NCBI GenBank assembly: GCA_947623995.1
Contig: CANQIN010000002.1
Coordinates: 1-51,336 of the forward strand
DNA length: 51,336 nucleotides
Direction: 5' to 3'
From: an uncultured Bacilli bacterium
GTDB taxonomy: Bacteria; Bacillota_I; Bacilli_A; RF39; UBA660
The position numbers and the translations under genes are program-made. This document shows positions 34,736-44,901 of the stretch, in pieces. Every line of letters begins with the position of its first letter. Position 1 is the first letter of the stretch. Below the pieces are notes generated by a model. The model was given only the letters and a program-made list of their open reading frames with translations. It ran no database searches and had not been told where the DNA came from.

Positions 34736-36328
34736 GGCTCTAAATAATTTAGTGGGGAGCAAAATTTCATTAAAGCATTATAAAATAAGGGTTTGTCCCT
34801 TATTTTTTGCATTCAAAAAAATTTTATGTTTTTTGAATGCTAATAACACTTATTTTTCTATTTTTTTGATTTCTTTCTTTTTTGGTAATTCCACTTATTT
34901 TTCCATTCATAATATACATAATTCTTAATCTAAAAAAATGAAAATTTTTATATCCAAATCCTATTCTTTTTATGACTTTTATTTTATTATTGATGCCTTC
35001 TGTATAACCATTTGAAAACCTTTTATCTATAAATGAATTAACTATATAGGGTAACCAATTTTCTATTGTTTTTGCTGCTTCTTTCATTTCTTCTATTCCA
35101 TAATTTTGTACTGTACTTATCCATTCTTTTAATTCACTTTCTGCATATTCATAAGTTGTTGTATGTAATACATCAAAAAATAATTCTTTTAATAAATATC
35201 CCTTTTGTAATTCTTCATTTATTGCTAGTATCTCTTCTCTTAAATCATACTTTAATATATCTACCATATGTCCATTTTTATATCTTTTGGTATATGTATA
35301 CCAGTCGACTTCATTGCTATATTTTCTGAGTAATGTTACATTTTTTTTATTTTTTAACATTCTGTATTCTTTTGTATTATATCCATAATTTTTTTGTAAT
35401 TTGATTCTTATTTTATCTAGCGCATCCATTACATATCGTGTATAATGAAATCTATCTACTACATATTTAGCTTTGGGAAACATTATTTGCTGTACGAGTA
35501 GATATGGTTCGTACATATCACTTATGACGAACTCCACTGAATGTCTATTTTCAGTATATGTAAAATACTGAATCAGATATTCTTTTTTTCTATTTGGTAA
35601 TATATCTAATACTTTTCTATGAATTGGATCATTGATAATAAATGCATATTTTCCTTCTTTCGTGTCTGCTTTAAATTCGTCAAATGATATAACTCTTGGT
35701 AAATTCTTTATATGCTCTGGATATTTACTCATTGCATTCTCTAATATATTTCTTATCGTTCCTGCTGATACATTATTACTTTCTGCTATATATTTTAAAG
35801 ATAAATTGTAATTCATTAAATCTTTTAATATTTTTTGTTCTAATTTAGTGGATATTGATTTTCCTTTTTCATTTAATGATAATTCTTCTGTAAATCTTTT
35901 ATTACATTTATGACATATAAACCTTTTCTTTACTATATTTATTGTAGTTTCTTGCTCCATTATTTTTAAATATTTAATTTCTATGGGTTTTAATTTATCA
36001 TGTATGCTTTTTGTATATTCTCCACATTTTGGGCATTTATCTTTTTTCTTTTTACTTTCTACATATATTATTTTTTTCACTTTTTTATTTTCCTCTCTTT
36101 CTTCTATTTTTATTATTTTGTATTCTTCTAACTTTAACAATTTTTCAATTTCATTCATTCTTTTTCACCTCCAATTCCTTATTAAAAAATTGCTCATTTA
36201 TTATACAATAAAAAAAGAAGATAACATTTCTATTATCTCCCCACTAGACTGTCTAGCTTTCTTGATAAAACTCCCCACTAGATTTTCTTAACTGGAATTT
36301 TTATCTCCCCACTAAATTATCTAGAACC
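34736..36328 (-). mobile_element. ISL3-family insertion sequence (1593 bp) with an 8-bp target duplication
   Basis: The inverted repeats are GGCTCTAAATAATTTAGTGGGGAG (34736-34759) and the complement of 36305-36328 (GGTTCTAGATAATTTAGTGGGGAG), matching 22/24. The target duplication AAAAAATC is at 34728-34735 and 36329-36336. An uninterrupted homologous site is present at 21737-21760. Three CTCCCCACTA subterminal repeats sit in 34-bp phase (36237, 36271, 36305). Confidence 0.9.
34824..36158 (-). CDS. ISL3-family transposase
   Basis: N-terminal zinc-finger pairs CPKCG..CHKC, a DDE region including the DRFH motif, 444 aa. Confidence 0.9.
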   Translation of the reverse strand: MNEIEKLLKLEEYKIIKIEEREENKKVKKIIYVESKKKKDKCPKCGEYTKSIHDKLKPIEIKYLKIMEQETTINIVKKRFICHKCNKRFTEELSLNEKGKSISTKLEQKILKDLMNYNLSLKYIAESNNVSAGTIRNILENAMSKYPEHIKNLPRVISFDEFKADTKEGKYAFIINDPIHRKVLDILPNRKKEYLIQYFTYTENRHSVEFVISDMYEPYLLVQQIMFPKAKYVVDRFHYTRYVMDALDKIRIKLQKNYGYNTKEYRMLKNKKNVTLLRKYSNEVDWYTYTKRYKNGHMVDILKYDLREEILAINEELQKGYLLKELFFDVLHTTTYEYAESELKEWISTVQNYGIEEMKEAAKTIENWLPYIVNSFIDKRFSNGYTEGINNKIKVIKRIGFGYKNFHFFRLRIMYIMNGKISGITKKERNQKNRKISVISIQKT

Positions 36329-36371
36329 AAAAAATCTAACTTGTAATTTAACAAATTAGATTTAATAGTTT

Positions 36372-37955
36372 TTATCCTAAAATAAAAGGATTATCTATAC
36401 TTCCATATTCTTTTTCAGGATTGGGATTTTCTAATATTTTAACAGTTGATTTTAAATAAGCTACTGGTTTAACATCATAACCATTTAAAGCTCCATGCGT
36501 AATTATCCGTGTTTCATATAGATGATATACATCTAGTGCCGAGTTGTTTAATGGTGTAAGGGTCCAATTATATTCAGAAGTTATTCGTAACCAATTATTG
36601 TTATTGCAATCCTCATCATATGCATCCAAATTTTTTTGAAGACAGTTATTTCTTGCTTCTCCTCCTACCGCATAACCAAAATCTGAGGGATACAGCAAAG
36701 CAATATATCCATCCCATGCTGTAGTTCTTTCTACTTCATCATTGCAAAACGTTCCATATTCACATTGCTTACTTTTATTTTTACTTCTCTCACCATTATA
36801 CATGTAATCAGCAGTCTTATTTCCATTAGGTGTACCAAGGTTCCATTTAACTTTTGATATAAGAGTTTTTGCCTTATCACTCAACCCACTATTAGTAAAA
36901 TCACATTTTTTATTTTCATTATTTATCCAAAAAAAACATTCTCCATCTTTTTGATTCCAAAATAAACTATTATTAGCTTTAATTTCTTCACCAACATTAT
37001 TTGTTTCCATATTATCGTCATATCCAGGATTTAATAATTTCATTAAGTCTGCTTGGCTCCATTCATTTATTCCATATCCATAGTTTATTGTTTGTATGCT
37101 ACTATCCCAGCTATAGATTCCAATACTATCTGCTCTTATTATTTTTACTAAACTTTCTTGCTTTTCAATATCATCTAAACTTGTGATGTTATTCATAACA
37201 CCGATTACTCGCCATAATATTGGTTGTCCTTCACCATCTCTATCTCCTATATCTATATAGTTATTTGGCTCTGCTCCAATATATCTTAAATTATTATCTT
37301 TGGTATTATCATATGCTAAATTTGTTTCTTCGGTTTTGGCTATTTCTTCTATATAATCACTTGCTACTTGTTCACCTATTTTTCCTTCAACCACTATTTT
37401 TGATTTTGCTATTTCATTTTCTATTCCACTTTCTTTTGTTACTTCTTCTTTTATCCATAATCTTAACTCATAGTTTACACTTTCTAATTTTCTTAATCTT
37501 CCTTCTGTTAATTGACGACTTTCTTTTGCTTCACTTATTTTTGGTATTTCATTTTCAGGATATTTACTTAATATTTTAGGTTCTGTTTCTGTTTCTTCTT
37601 TATTTAATAATACTTTTATATTTTCACTATTTAATGTTGTTTCATTTAACATTTCTAAATTTATACTATAATCTACATAATTTTCACATTCATTACGGAT
37701 TGTAAATTTATATGGCTCTAGAATTTTTCCTTCTACATCTGTTTTTGGAAATGTATTTGTTAAACTTATGTTATCTTCTTTATTTGTTAATTCTATATCT
37801 AAACAACTTGTACTTAAGATATTTTCATTTGTTTGTTCTTTTGTTATTACCCACAAAGCATAACTTACTCCTATGGTTATTAATAGTAATACTATTAATA
37901 CAATAGTTATTATTTTAATTTTATTTTTTGGTTTTTCATAACTTTCTAAATTCAC
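36372..37955 (-). CDS. Paralog family member, class-II N-module with type-a-derived C-module
   Basis: Residues ~30-300 are near-identical to 21786-23363 (SYALWVITKEQTNEN... through ..LVKIIRAD), after which the sequences diverge. A GTG start at 37955 or 37964 follows a class-I type GAGTGAT leader. Confidence 0.8.
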   Translation of the reverse strand: MNLESYEKPKNKIKIITIVLIVLLLITIGVSYALWVITKEQTNENILSTSCLDIELTNKEDNISLTNTFPKTDVEGKILEPYKFTIRNECENYVDYSINLEMLNETTLNSENIKVLLNKEETETEPKILSKYPENEIPKISEAKESRQLTEGRLRKLESVNYELRLWIKEEVTKESGIENEIAKSKIVVEGKIGEQVASDYIEEIAKTEETNLAYDNTKDNNLRYIGAEPNNYIDIGDRDGEGQPILWRVIGVMNNITSLDDIEKQESLVKIIRADSIGIYSWDSSIQTINYGYGINEWSQADLMKLLNPGYDDNMETNNVGEEIKANNSLFWNQKDGECFFWINNENKKCDFTNSGLSDKAKTLISKVKWNLGTPNGNKTADYMYNGERSKNKSKQCEYGTFCNDEVERTTAWDGYIALLYPSDFGYAVGGEARNNCLQKNLDAYDEDCNNNNWLRITSEYNWTLTPLNNSALDVYHLYETRIITHGALNGYDVKPVAYLKSTVKILENPNPEKEYGSIDNPFILG

Positions 37956-37981
37956 TATTATCACTCAATTCTATAATTTAT

Positions 37982-38001
37982 ATTATAGCTCATAACGTCA
38001 A
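37982..38001 (-). promoter_or_regulatory. Switch-promoter homolog lacking the G tract (TTGACG-8 nt-TATAAT)
   Basis: Minus strand TTGACG TTATGAGC TATAAT aligns with P3 (TTGACA CA-G10-TTATGGGT TATAAT) once CA+G10 is removed. The leader AGAATTGAGTGATAAT is retained. Confidence 0.35.
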
Positions 38002-38041
38002 GATATTCACATCATTTTAAACCACTTTTTTATTATAAATT

Positions 38042-38072
38042 AAAAAAACAGGTTTTCTTTTTTATAACCTGT
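38042..38072 (-). terminator. Bidirectional intrinsic terminator after htrA
   Basis: ACAGGTT-11 nt-AACCTGT, flanked by A7 on one side and TTTATTTTT on the other. Confidence 0.7.
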
Positions 38073-38079
38073 TTTATTT

Positions 38080-39186
38080 TTAAACACTTTCTGTTAGATT
38101 AATTGTTATTTCAAGAGTATCACTACCTCTTAATACTTTAACTTTAATGCTTTCTCCTACATTATGATTAAATAATAAATATCTTAAATAAGCTATACTA
38201 GTTACTTCTTTACCATCCATTTCCGTAATTATATCACCATCTTTTAATCCAGCTTTGTCAGCAGGACTATCGCTATTAACATCTTCAATAAATACGCCAT
38301 TAGCTATATCTAAATCATTTAATTTTGGATAATATAAATATTGAGCTTCTGCTAAATTACGCATGGTGATACCTAATAATGGCCTTTTTATTGTTTCTCC
38401 TTTTTCTAATTTTTCGGCAAAATTCATTGCTGTTTCAATAGGTATTGCAAAGCCCATTCCTTCAACTCCAGTACTTGCAAGTTTAAGTGAAGTAATACCA
38501 ATGACTTCACCATTAGCATTTACTAAAGGTCCACCTGAATTTCCTGAGTTAATAGCTGCATCAGTTTGTAATACACTCATCATCATATCATTAGTAGTAC
38601 TGTTTGATAATGATACACCTACTAAACGATTTTTACCTGATAAAATTCCTCTTGTAACTGTCCCAGAATATGAATCAGCATCAAGTGGAGCCCCTACAGA
38701 AAATACTGTATCTCCAATTTTAGCATCTTCACTACTTCCTATACTTGCTACTTTATCAGCTTCTTTTTTACTTACTGTTAAAACTGCAATATCAGAATAA
38801 GCATCTTTACCAGCAACCTTAGTTTCAACTAAATTACCATTAGTAAATTCGACAAATATTGAATCTCCTTTTTCAATAACATGATTATTAGTTAAAATAT
38901 AAGCATTATTATCATCAGTTTTATAAACAAATCCTGTACCTGTAGCATATAATTGTTTCTTTTGATATGTTCTTACAACAACAACAGCATCATAAATCTT
39001 ATCTACTGCTTCACTAATACCATTATCAACAATACTAACATTTTTAGTTTCAACTTGTTCACTTACCGTTTTAATAAATGGTTCTGGAAAAAAATACATT
39101 AATAAATATAAACCTCCAGCTCCTAAGAAAAACATTACTACGGCAATTAACCAATACTTTCCATCATTACTTTTTTTATTTTCCAT
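38080..39186 (-). CDS. htrA: HtrA/DegP-family serine protease with a PDZ domain
   Basis: N-terminal TM helix, H..D..GNSGGPL catalytic pattern (TNNHV, DIAVL, GNSGGPLVN) and a C-terminal PDZ-like region (GLKDGDIITEMDGKEV). Confidence 0.9.
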   Translation of the reverse strand: MENKKSNDGKYWLIAVVMFFLGAGGLYLLMYFFPEPFIKTVSEQVETKNVSIVDNGISEAVDKIYDAVVVVRTYQKKQLYATGTGFVYKTDDNNAYILTNNHVIEKGDSIFVEFTNGNLVETKVAGKDAYSDIAVLTVSKKEADKVASIGSSEDAKIGDTVFSVGAPLDADSYSGTVTRGILSGKNRLVGVSLSNSTTNDMMMSVLQTDAAINSGNSGGPLVNANGEVIGITSLKLASTGVEGMGFAIPIETAMNFAEKLEKGETIKRPLLGITMRNLAEAQYLYYPKLNDLDIANGVFIEDVNSDSPADKAGLKDGDIITEMDGKEVTSIAYLRYLLFNHNVGESIKVKVLRGSDTLEITINLTESV

Positions 39187-40112
39187 TATAAATCCACTAT
39201 CCTTTCATAATTAAGAGGAAATCCCATTTCATTTAATACTTTTTCAATAGAAATACTATGTAACTTTTCCTCTAAAATTTTTACTTCATATTTTAATTCA
39301 CTAATTAATAAAGAAAAATCATTCTTTCTTAACATTTGTTTTAATATTATTATAAGCGCGAATAAATCATTTTTACCATAAATATATTCATTATCAATTT
39401 CTGGTATTTTTAAACTTTGATGATATTTAGTATTTTCAATATCATGTTGAGCTTTATGACTATATAAAATATCTTCATGAGCACATAAATTTCTAAAGTT
39501 TGCTAAGATTGGTAAGTATACTAATAAATCATCTCTTGATATTTTAAAATCTTCAGCTATAGACTTTTGATCTTCAAATTTTAAGATTTGATAAAATTCC
39601 CCAACTATCCCAAACGATAAAATTTTAACCACAATCCATAAAGGAATATATCCATATTTATCCATATAATGCATTGTTGCTTGATGTTGTCCCCCATTTA
39701 TTCTTATTTGTCTTTTCATTTTTCTTAGTAAATCATCTACTTGTTTTTTTCTTTTACGATCATTAGTAAAATTCTTAGGATCTAAATATTGTCTTTCTTT
39801 ATATCCATAACGCATAGATAAGTTATAAGCAATAATACTTTTAATATTATTTTCAATAATAAGAAGGTTTTTAAAAATTATATTTCTGATATGGCGATCA
39901 AAATGAAACATCGCATATAGTTCATCAAAATCAGCACCAGGAATAAAACTTTTATCGCTTTCACTAACCATAAATAATAGTCGATAACCATTTAAGAAAA
40001 AATAATTTTCTCTTAGTAAGGTTTCCTTGGCTTCTAAAATATTATTTATGATAAGACCTTTACTTTGTAATATATTAATTTGCTCATCTAAAGTTTTAAA
40101 TGTCTTATTCAT
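39186..40112 (-). CDS. Abi_2 (AbiD/AbiF-like) abortive-infection family protein
   Basis: The N-terminus TLDEQINILQSKGLIINN..ETLLRENYFFLNGYR and the later ..NLCAHEDILY are typical of Abi-like proteins. Its TAA stop overlaps the htrA ATG by 1 nt (TAATG). Confidence 0.7.
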   Translation of the reverse strand: MNKTFKTLDEQINILQSKGLIINNILEAKETLLRENYFFLNGYRLLFMVSESDKSFIPGADFDELYAMFHFDRHIRNIIFKNLLIIENNIKSIIAYNLSMRYGYKERQYLDPKNFTNDRKRKKQVDDLLRKMKRQIRINGGQHQATMHYMDKYGYIPLWIVVKILSFGIVGEFYQILKFEDQKSIAEDFKISRDDLLVYLPILANFRNLCAHEDILYSHKAQHDIENTKYHQSLKIPEIDNEYIYGKNDLFALIIILKQMLRKNDFSLLISELKYEVKILEEKLHSISIEKVLNEMGFPLNYERIVDL

Positions 40113-40266
40113 TGCCCACCTCTTATCCTAAAAGACATTATATCACAAAGTATGTTTTAATTGTAGTTTTTATTAATGACCTTTTTGTTAACATTTTGTG
40201 AAAAATAAGTGAATTTATTATTTAAAAATAATATGATATAATGGATAAGCTTAAAGGAGTGAATTT

Positions 40267-41208
40267 ATGCCATCAATTGTAACTCATCATTTATTTGCTA
40301 AGGATTGTTTACTAAATTATGAAAAAAAAGTTAATAAAGATATTTATTATATCTTTGCTCAAAGTTTTGATAATTTAGCTTATTATCATTTTTTTACGAG
40401 CTTTAATAATGAAATTAAAAATATAGGAAAAATAGCTCAAAGTTCTAAAACAAATGAATATTTTTTAAATTTATTAAATTATATAAAAGATAATAATTTA
40501 AAAGAAGATAAAGACATTATTGGTTATTTATTTGGCAGTATTTGTCATTATGCTTTAGATTCAACTTGTCATCCTTTTGTTGTTTATGAAACAGGTGCAG
40601 TTAGTATTGATCAAAAATATCGTGGTGGTCATGAAAAAATGGAAGTCATGATAGATGCGATTATGTATGAAGAAAAAGAACATAAACCATTATATAAAGA
40701 AAGTTTAAGTGATACTTTACTTCCTAAAGTAAAATTTTCCAATAATTTAAAAAAAGCCTTAGACTTTACTTTTAATAAAACTTTTAAGATAAAAAAAATG
40801 GGTATTAAATATGAAAAGGCTTATAAAACTGGTAATTTCATTTTAAAATATTTTGTAACTGATAAAACTGGTATTAAAAAGAAAATTTATAAAATAAAAG
40901 ATCATTTTGGTAAAGGTAGAATGTACCAATATTTAAGTTTTAATATTAAAAAATTAGATAATAGTTTTCTTAATTTAGAACATAATGAATGGTGCTATCC
41001 TACTGATAATACAATTATTAAAAATAGTTCATTTTTTGATTTATATGATGAATCTATTATTTTTGCTAGAAGGCTTTTTAAAGTTAGTTTAGATTATTTG
41101 AATAATAAAATAGCTGAAAATAATTTAAATAAAGAATTTAAAGATTTAGCTTATTCATCAGGATTAGATTGGCGTTTAAAAAGTAAAACAAAGTATTTTA
41201 AATTTTGA
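40267..41208 (+). CDS. Zinc-dependent phospholipase C-like family protein (tentative)
   Basis: GGAG SD. N-terminus MPSIVTHHLFAKD and HYALDSTCHPFV His-rich motifs. The gene ends with a TGA stop. Confidence 0.45.
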   Translation: MPSIVTHHLFAKDCLLNYEKKVNKDIYYIFAQSFDNLAYYHFFTSFNNEIKNIGKIAQSSKTNEYFLNLLNYIKDNNLKEDKDIIGYLFGSICHYALDSTCHPFVVYETGAVSIDQKYRGGHEKMEVMIDAIMYEEKEHKPLYKESLSDTLLPKVKFSNNLKKALDFTFNKTFKIKKMGIKYEKAYKTGNFILKYFVTDKTGIKKKIYKIKDHFGKGRMYQYLSFNIKKLDNSFLNLEHNEWCYPTDNTIIKNSSFFDLYDESIIFARRLFKVSLDYLNNKIAENNLNKEFKDLAYSSGLDWRLKSKTKYFKF

Positions 41209-41213
41209 AAATA

Positions 41214-41879
41214 TCAATCTTTTTCATTTATAATGGAAATTTGACTATCTGTTAAAATTTGACTAAATTTATCAAGATATTCTTCACTAATTAATTTTTG
41301 TCTTTCATTATTATTGGATAAAAAACCACATTCAATTAGTACCCCAGGTATTTTTAATCTACTATACATATAAGTACTATTAGGAATCTTTTTTATTTCT
41401 CTATTACTTTGTAAATTTTCATTTAAATATTTTTGAATTTTTAGAGCAAGTTCTTTATTTAATTCATTTTCATCATTATAAAATACTTGAGGTCCATAAT
41501 AACTACTATCATTTAAATAATTAAGATGAATTGATAAATAATAATCAGCATTACTATTATTAATTATTTTAATGCGATGATCAAAGTCACTTTTTTTTCG
41601 GCGAGAAGCATTAGGAGTTCCTAAATCATAGTCACCATCACGAGTCAAAATAACTTTGGCTCCATAATTTTCTAATTTTTCTCTTAATTTTAGACTAATT
41701 TTTAAATTAATATCTTTTTCATAAATATTACCTACAACAGTTCCTGGATCAACACCGCCATGACCAACATCAATGACATAAGTTTTATTACTTAAAGGCC
41801 CACTTGCAAAAGAAGGATTAATATATAAAATAGAAGTTAAGATACAAAAACCTAAAAAACTAATTAAATATTTTTTCAT
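41214..41879 (-). CDS. N-acetylmuramoyl-L-alanine amidase (Amidase_3, CwlD-like)
   Basis: Signal or anchor sequence, then VIDVGHGGVDPGT, EKDINLKISLKL, ADYYLSIHLN and GVLIECGFLSN. Confidence 0.85.
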   Translation of the reverse strand: MKKYLISFLGFCILTSILYINPSFASGPLSNKTYVIDVGHGGVDPGTVVGNIYEKDINLKISLKLREKLENYGAKVILTRDGDYDLGTPNASRRKKSDFDHRIKIINNSNADYYLSIHLNYLNDSSYYGPQVFYNDENELNKELALKIQKYLNENLQSNREIKKIPNSTYMYSRLKIPGVLIECGFLSNNNERQKLISEEYLDKFSQILTDSQISIINEKD

Positions 41880-41912
41880 AAATATATTATATGAAAAAAG
41901 AAAAGCTTTTAT

Positions 41913-42809
41913 TTACTTTTCTTTAAGTTCTTTTAAAACTGCTAAAGAAGCAAGAGACCCATCGCTTACGGCTGTTGTTAATTGGCGAAGATTTTTTTTT
42001 CGAGCATCTCCCGCAACAAAGATACCATCAGTTTTAGTATATACTTCATCATGAGCAATAATGTATCCATTATCGTCTAATTGAACGACATTATTAAAAA
42101 TTTCATTTTCGGGTATTCTTCCAATAGCAATAAATAAACCATCTATCTTTAATTCTTTAATTTTTTCTTCTTTATTTTTAATTTTAATACTTTCTAAAGA
42201 TTCTTTGCCATTTAATGAAATAATATTAGAATTTAAAATAAATTCAACATTAGATTTATCTTTAAGTTCTTCAAGATATTTTTCTTCACCACGAAATTCA
42301 TCTCGCCTATGAATTAAATAAACCTTTTTAGCAAGATTAGATAAATAAAGAGCATCTTCTAAAGCAGTATTACCTCCACCTATAACCGCGACAAATTTAT
42401 TTTTAAAAAAATTACCATCACAAGTAGCACAATAAGAAAGTCCTTTACCAATAAATTGTTGTTCATTTAAAATATTTAAGCGACGATTTGAAGCTCCTGT
42501 TGCTATTATTATGGTTTGACTTTGATATTCATTTTTATCAGTTATTACTTTTTTGTCTTCACTAATTTTTAAGACGGTTTCATATTTTAATTCGCCACCT
42601 AATCTTTTTACTTGATTGTATAAATTATTAGCAAATTCAAAACCACTTATTGATATTATACCTGGATAATTTTCAACTTTACTAGCATTTAAAATTTGCC
42701 CACCATAACTTTTAGCTTCTAAAACTAAAACTTTTTTATTTGCTCTTAATAAATAAAGTGCACTTGTTAAACCAGCAGGTCCAGCACCAATAATAATTGT
42801 ATCATACAT
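41913..42809 (-). CDS. trxB: Thioredoxin-disulfide reductase
   Basis: IIGAGPAGLTSALY, redox-active CATCDG and GGGNTALEDALYLS motifs; 298 aa. Confidence 0.93.
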   Translation of the reverse strand: MYDTIIIGAGPAGLTSALYLLRANKKVLVLEAKSYGGQILNASKVENYPGIISISGFEFANNLYNQVKRLGGELKYETVLKISEDKKVITDKNEYQSQTIIIATGASNRRLNILNEQQFIGKGLSYCATCDGNFFKNKFVAVIGGGNTALEDALYLSNLAKKVYLIHRRDEFRGEEKYLEELKDKSNVEFILNSNIISLNGKESLESIKIKNKEEKIKELKIDGLFIAIGRIPENEIFNNVVQLDDNGYIIAHDEVYTKTDGIFVAGDARKKNLRQLTTAVSDGSLASLAVLKELKEK

Positions 42810-42866
42810 TTATATCACCAACTTTATATTATTATTTTGGAACATCTTTTTTTATTATATTCAAAA

Positions 42867-44426
42867 TTAAGATAAAGTAAAGGGATTATCTGTTGTTCCG
42901 TTACCATTAGTTATTTTAACATTTGATTTTAAATATAAAACTGGCTTCACTGATAACTGCGATATTGGGGGAGTAACATAACTTACACATCCATCATAAT
43001 TTACAAACATAGTCCCATCGGTCAATCTAGGATTAATTGTCCATTGTGTTATTCCCTTTTCGTATAACCAATCATTTTCAACACATTCCAAAGAAATTTC
43101 TTCAGACCAAGATCTTAAATTCCTATTTAAGCAAGTATCTCTTTTTACATTACTTCCTCCGCTAGTAGCAAAACCATAATCGCTAACATACATTAAACCT
43201 ATTTTTCCAATCCAATTCATGTTATTTTTATGTTCATTTTCATAAAAATAATTAGGAATAAATCCTCCACCACCAAGTGAACTATTTGTATATATAACAT
43301 TACTTATATATGCTTTAGCATCTAAATTTAAACCAGTATCTTTAAAATCGCAAACTATCGTTTCGCCATTTGTTGGACATTCGCCTTTAATTTTTTCCCA
43401 GTATGCTCCATTATTTAAAATTTGTTGTAAATCAGAAAAATTCCAATCATTTCTGGAATTATTATCCCAACTAAAATTACCTATTGAATCCTTTCTAATA
43501 ATTTTCATATGGCTTCCAACTGTTTGGGATTTACTTTCATCTTCACTTACTTCGGTTACATTATTCATAACTCCGATGATTTGCCATAATATTGGATTCC
43601 CTTCACTATCTCTATCACCTATATCTATATAATTATTTGGATTAGACCCAATATATCTTAAATTGTTATCATCGGTTCCTAATTCTTCTCCTAAACTTTC
43701 TTTTCCATCATATGCTAAGTTTATTGTATCTAAATTTGCATTTTCTTTCATACAGGTTACTGCATCTTTTCCTTCTGCTCCACACTTTGCTACTGCACTT
43801 CCATATACTTCTCCTATATCATTACTTTCTGTTGCTGCATTTATTACATTGATACTTGCTTCAAATGTTTGTCCTTCTACTTCATTTCCAGCAATGTCAT
43901 CTATCCATAAATATAAATTGTAGGTTACTTCTTCTCCATTATTTACTACTCCATCAACTTTTGTTCCTCCACTTAATACTCCTGTGTCTAATATATATGA
44001 TGTCCCTAAATTCTCTACCATTAAATTTTCTAAATCAGTATTTATTCTACTTAATTTACTTCCAACATTTGGTTTTTCTTCACTACTTTTATATAAAGCA
44101 TATTTTATTTTACTTGCATCTAAGGTATTTGTACTTAATGTATTTAATGTTAAGACATAATTATTATTAATAGTACAGGTATTTGTTATGGTAAATGTAT
44201 AAGGATTTGTACTTAATCCTATACTATCATTTACTGGATACGTATTATCTAATTTTATACTTTCACTTTGCTCACTAAATCCTATACTAAAACATCCTAC
44301 ATCCATCTCATTTTCATTTGTTTGTTCTTCGGTTATTATCCACAAAGCATATGATTGGGTTATATATAAACATCCCACTAACATTAATCCTATTATTAAT
44401 AATGATAATTTATATCTTACTTTCAT
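42867..44426 (-). CDS. Paralog family member, class-II (group 2) N-module with a hybrid type-a/c C-module
   Basis: MKVRYKLSLLIIGLMLVGCLYITQSYALWIITEEQTNENEMDVGCFSIGF... The first ~275 aa are near-identical to the 46740, 48574 and 50386 copies. C-module motifs NNYIDIGDRDSEGNPILWQIIGVMNN, GLMYVSDYGFA, PVLYLKS and DNPFTLS. Confidence 0.85.
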   Translation of the reverse strand: MKVRYKLSLLIIGLMLVGCLYITQSYALWIITEEQTNENEMDVGCFSIGFSEQSESIKLDNTYPVNDSIGLSTNPYTFTITNTCTINNNYVLTLNTLSTNTLDASKIKYALYKSSEEKPNVGSKLSRINTDLENLMVENLGTSYILDTGVLSGGTKVDGVVNNGEEVTYNLYLWIDDIAGNEVEGQTFEASINVINAATESNDIGEVYGSAVAKCGAEGKDAVTCMKENANLDTINLAYDGKESLGEELGTDDNNLRYIGSNPNNYIDIGDRDSEGNPILWQIIGVMNNVTEVSEDESKSQTVGSHMKIIRKDSIGNFSWDNNSRNDWNFSDLQQILNNGAYWEKIKGECPTNGETIVCDFKDTGLNLDAKAYISNVIYTNSSLGGGGFIPNYFYENEHKNNMNWIGKIGLMYVSDYGFATSGGSNVKRDTCLNRNLRSWSEEISLECVENDWLYEKGITQWTINPRLTDGTMFVNYDGCVSYVTPPISQLSVKPVLYLKSNVKITNGNGTTDNPFTLS

Positions 44427-44687
44427 TTTTACCAATCCCTATTCTTAAGTTATTTAAAGTATATCAAATTTCTAACGAAAAGTCTTTATATTTTATAAAG
44501 TTATTGGTAAAATCTTGTTATTATAATTTTTTTAAAATAGTAAAAAAGCATAAAAACTATAATATTTAGTTATTTCTTTAAAACTAAATTTATAAAAAGA
44601 AATTTAAAAAGATTGTACATAATATAAATAAGAAATAGATTAAACAATTGACATAATAAACTTTTTTTCGTTTTTTAAATATTTATA

Positions 44688-44879
44688 AAGACAAAATAAA
44701 TATCACTATTACTAAAATAATCTACTTTGCCATTCATCATTGGAAATGAAACATTCTCAGAAAAGGAAGCAAAGGTTTTATAAAGTAAAAAAGAAACTTA
44801 TTAACACAATTACACTTATGCTTATTAATATTATTTTTCTTCTTTTACTTTCTTTATCAACATACTTTTCTAGTTTCAT
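44688..44879 (-). pseudogene. 5' remnant of a class-I paralog (frameshifted, truncated after ~60 codons)
   Basis: It translates from 44879 as MKLEKYVDKESKRRKIILISISVIVLISFFFTL*. A shifted frame continues ..FPMMNGKVDYFSNSDIYFVF, then homology ends near 44688. Confidence 0.7.
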
Positions 44880-44901
44880 TATAATCATCCATTCTACTAT
44901 G

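Noticed and set aside
35066-36291. Plus-strand ORFs inside the IS element
   Set aside because: They are antisense to the intact ISL3 transposase and have low-complexity translations.
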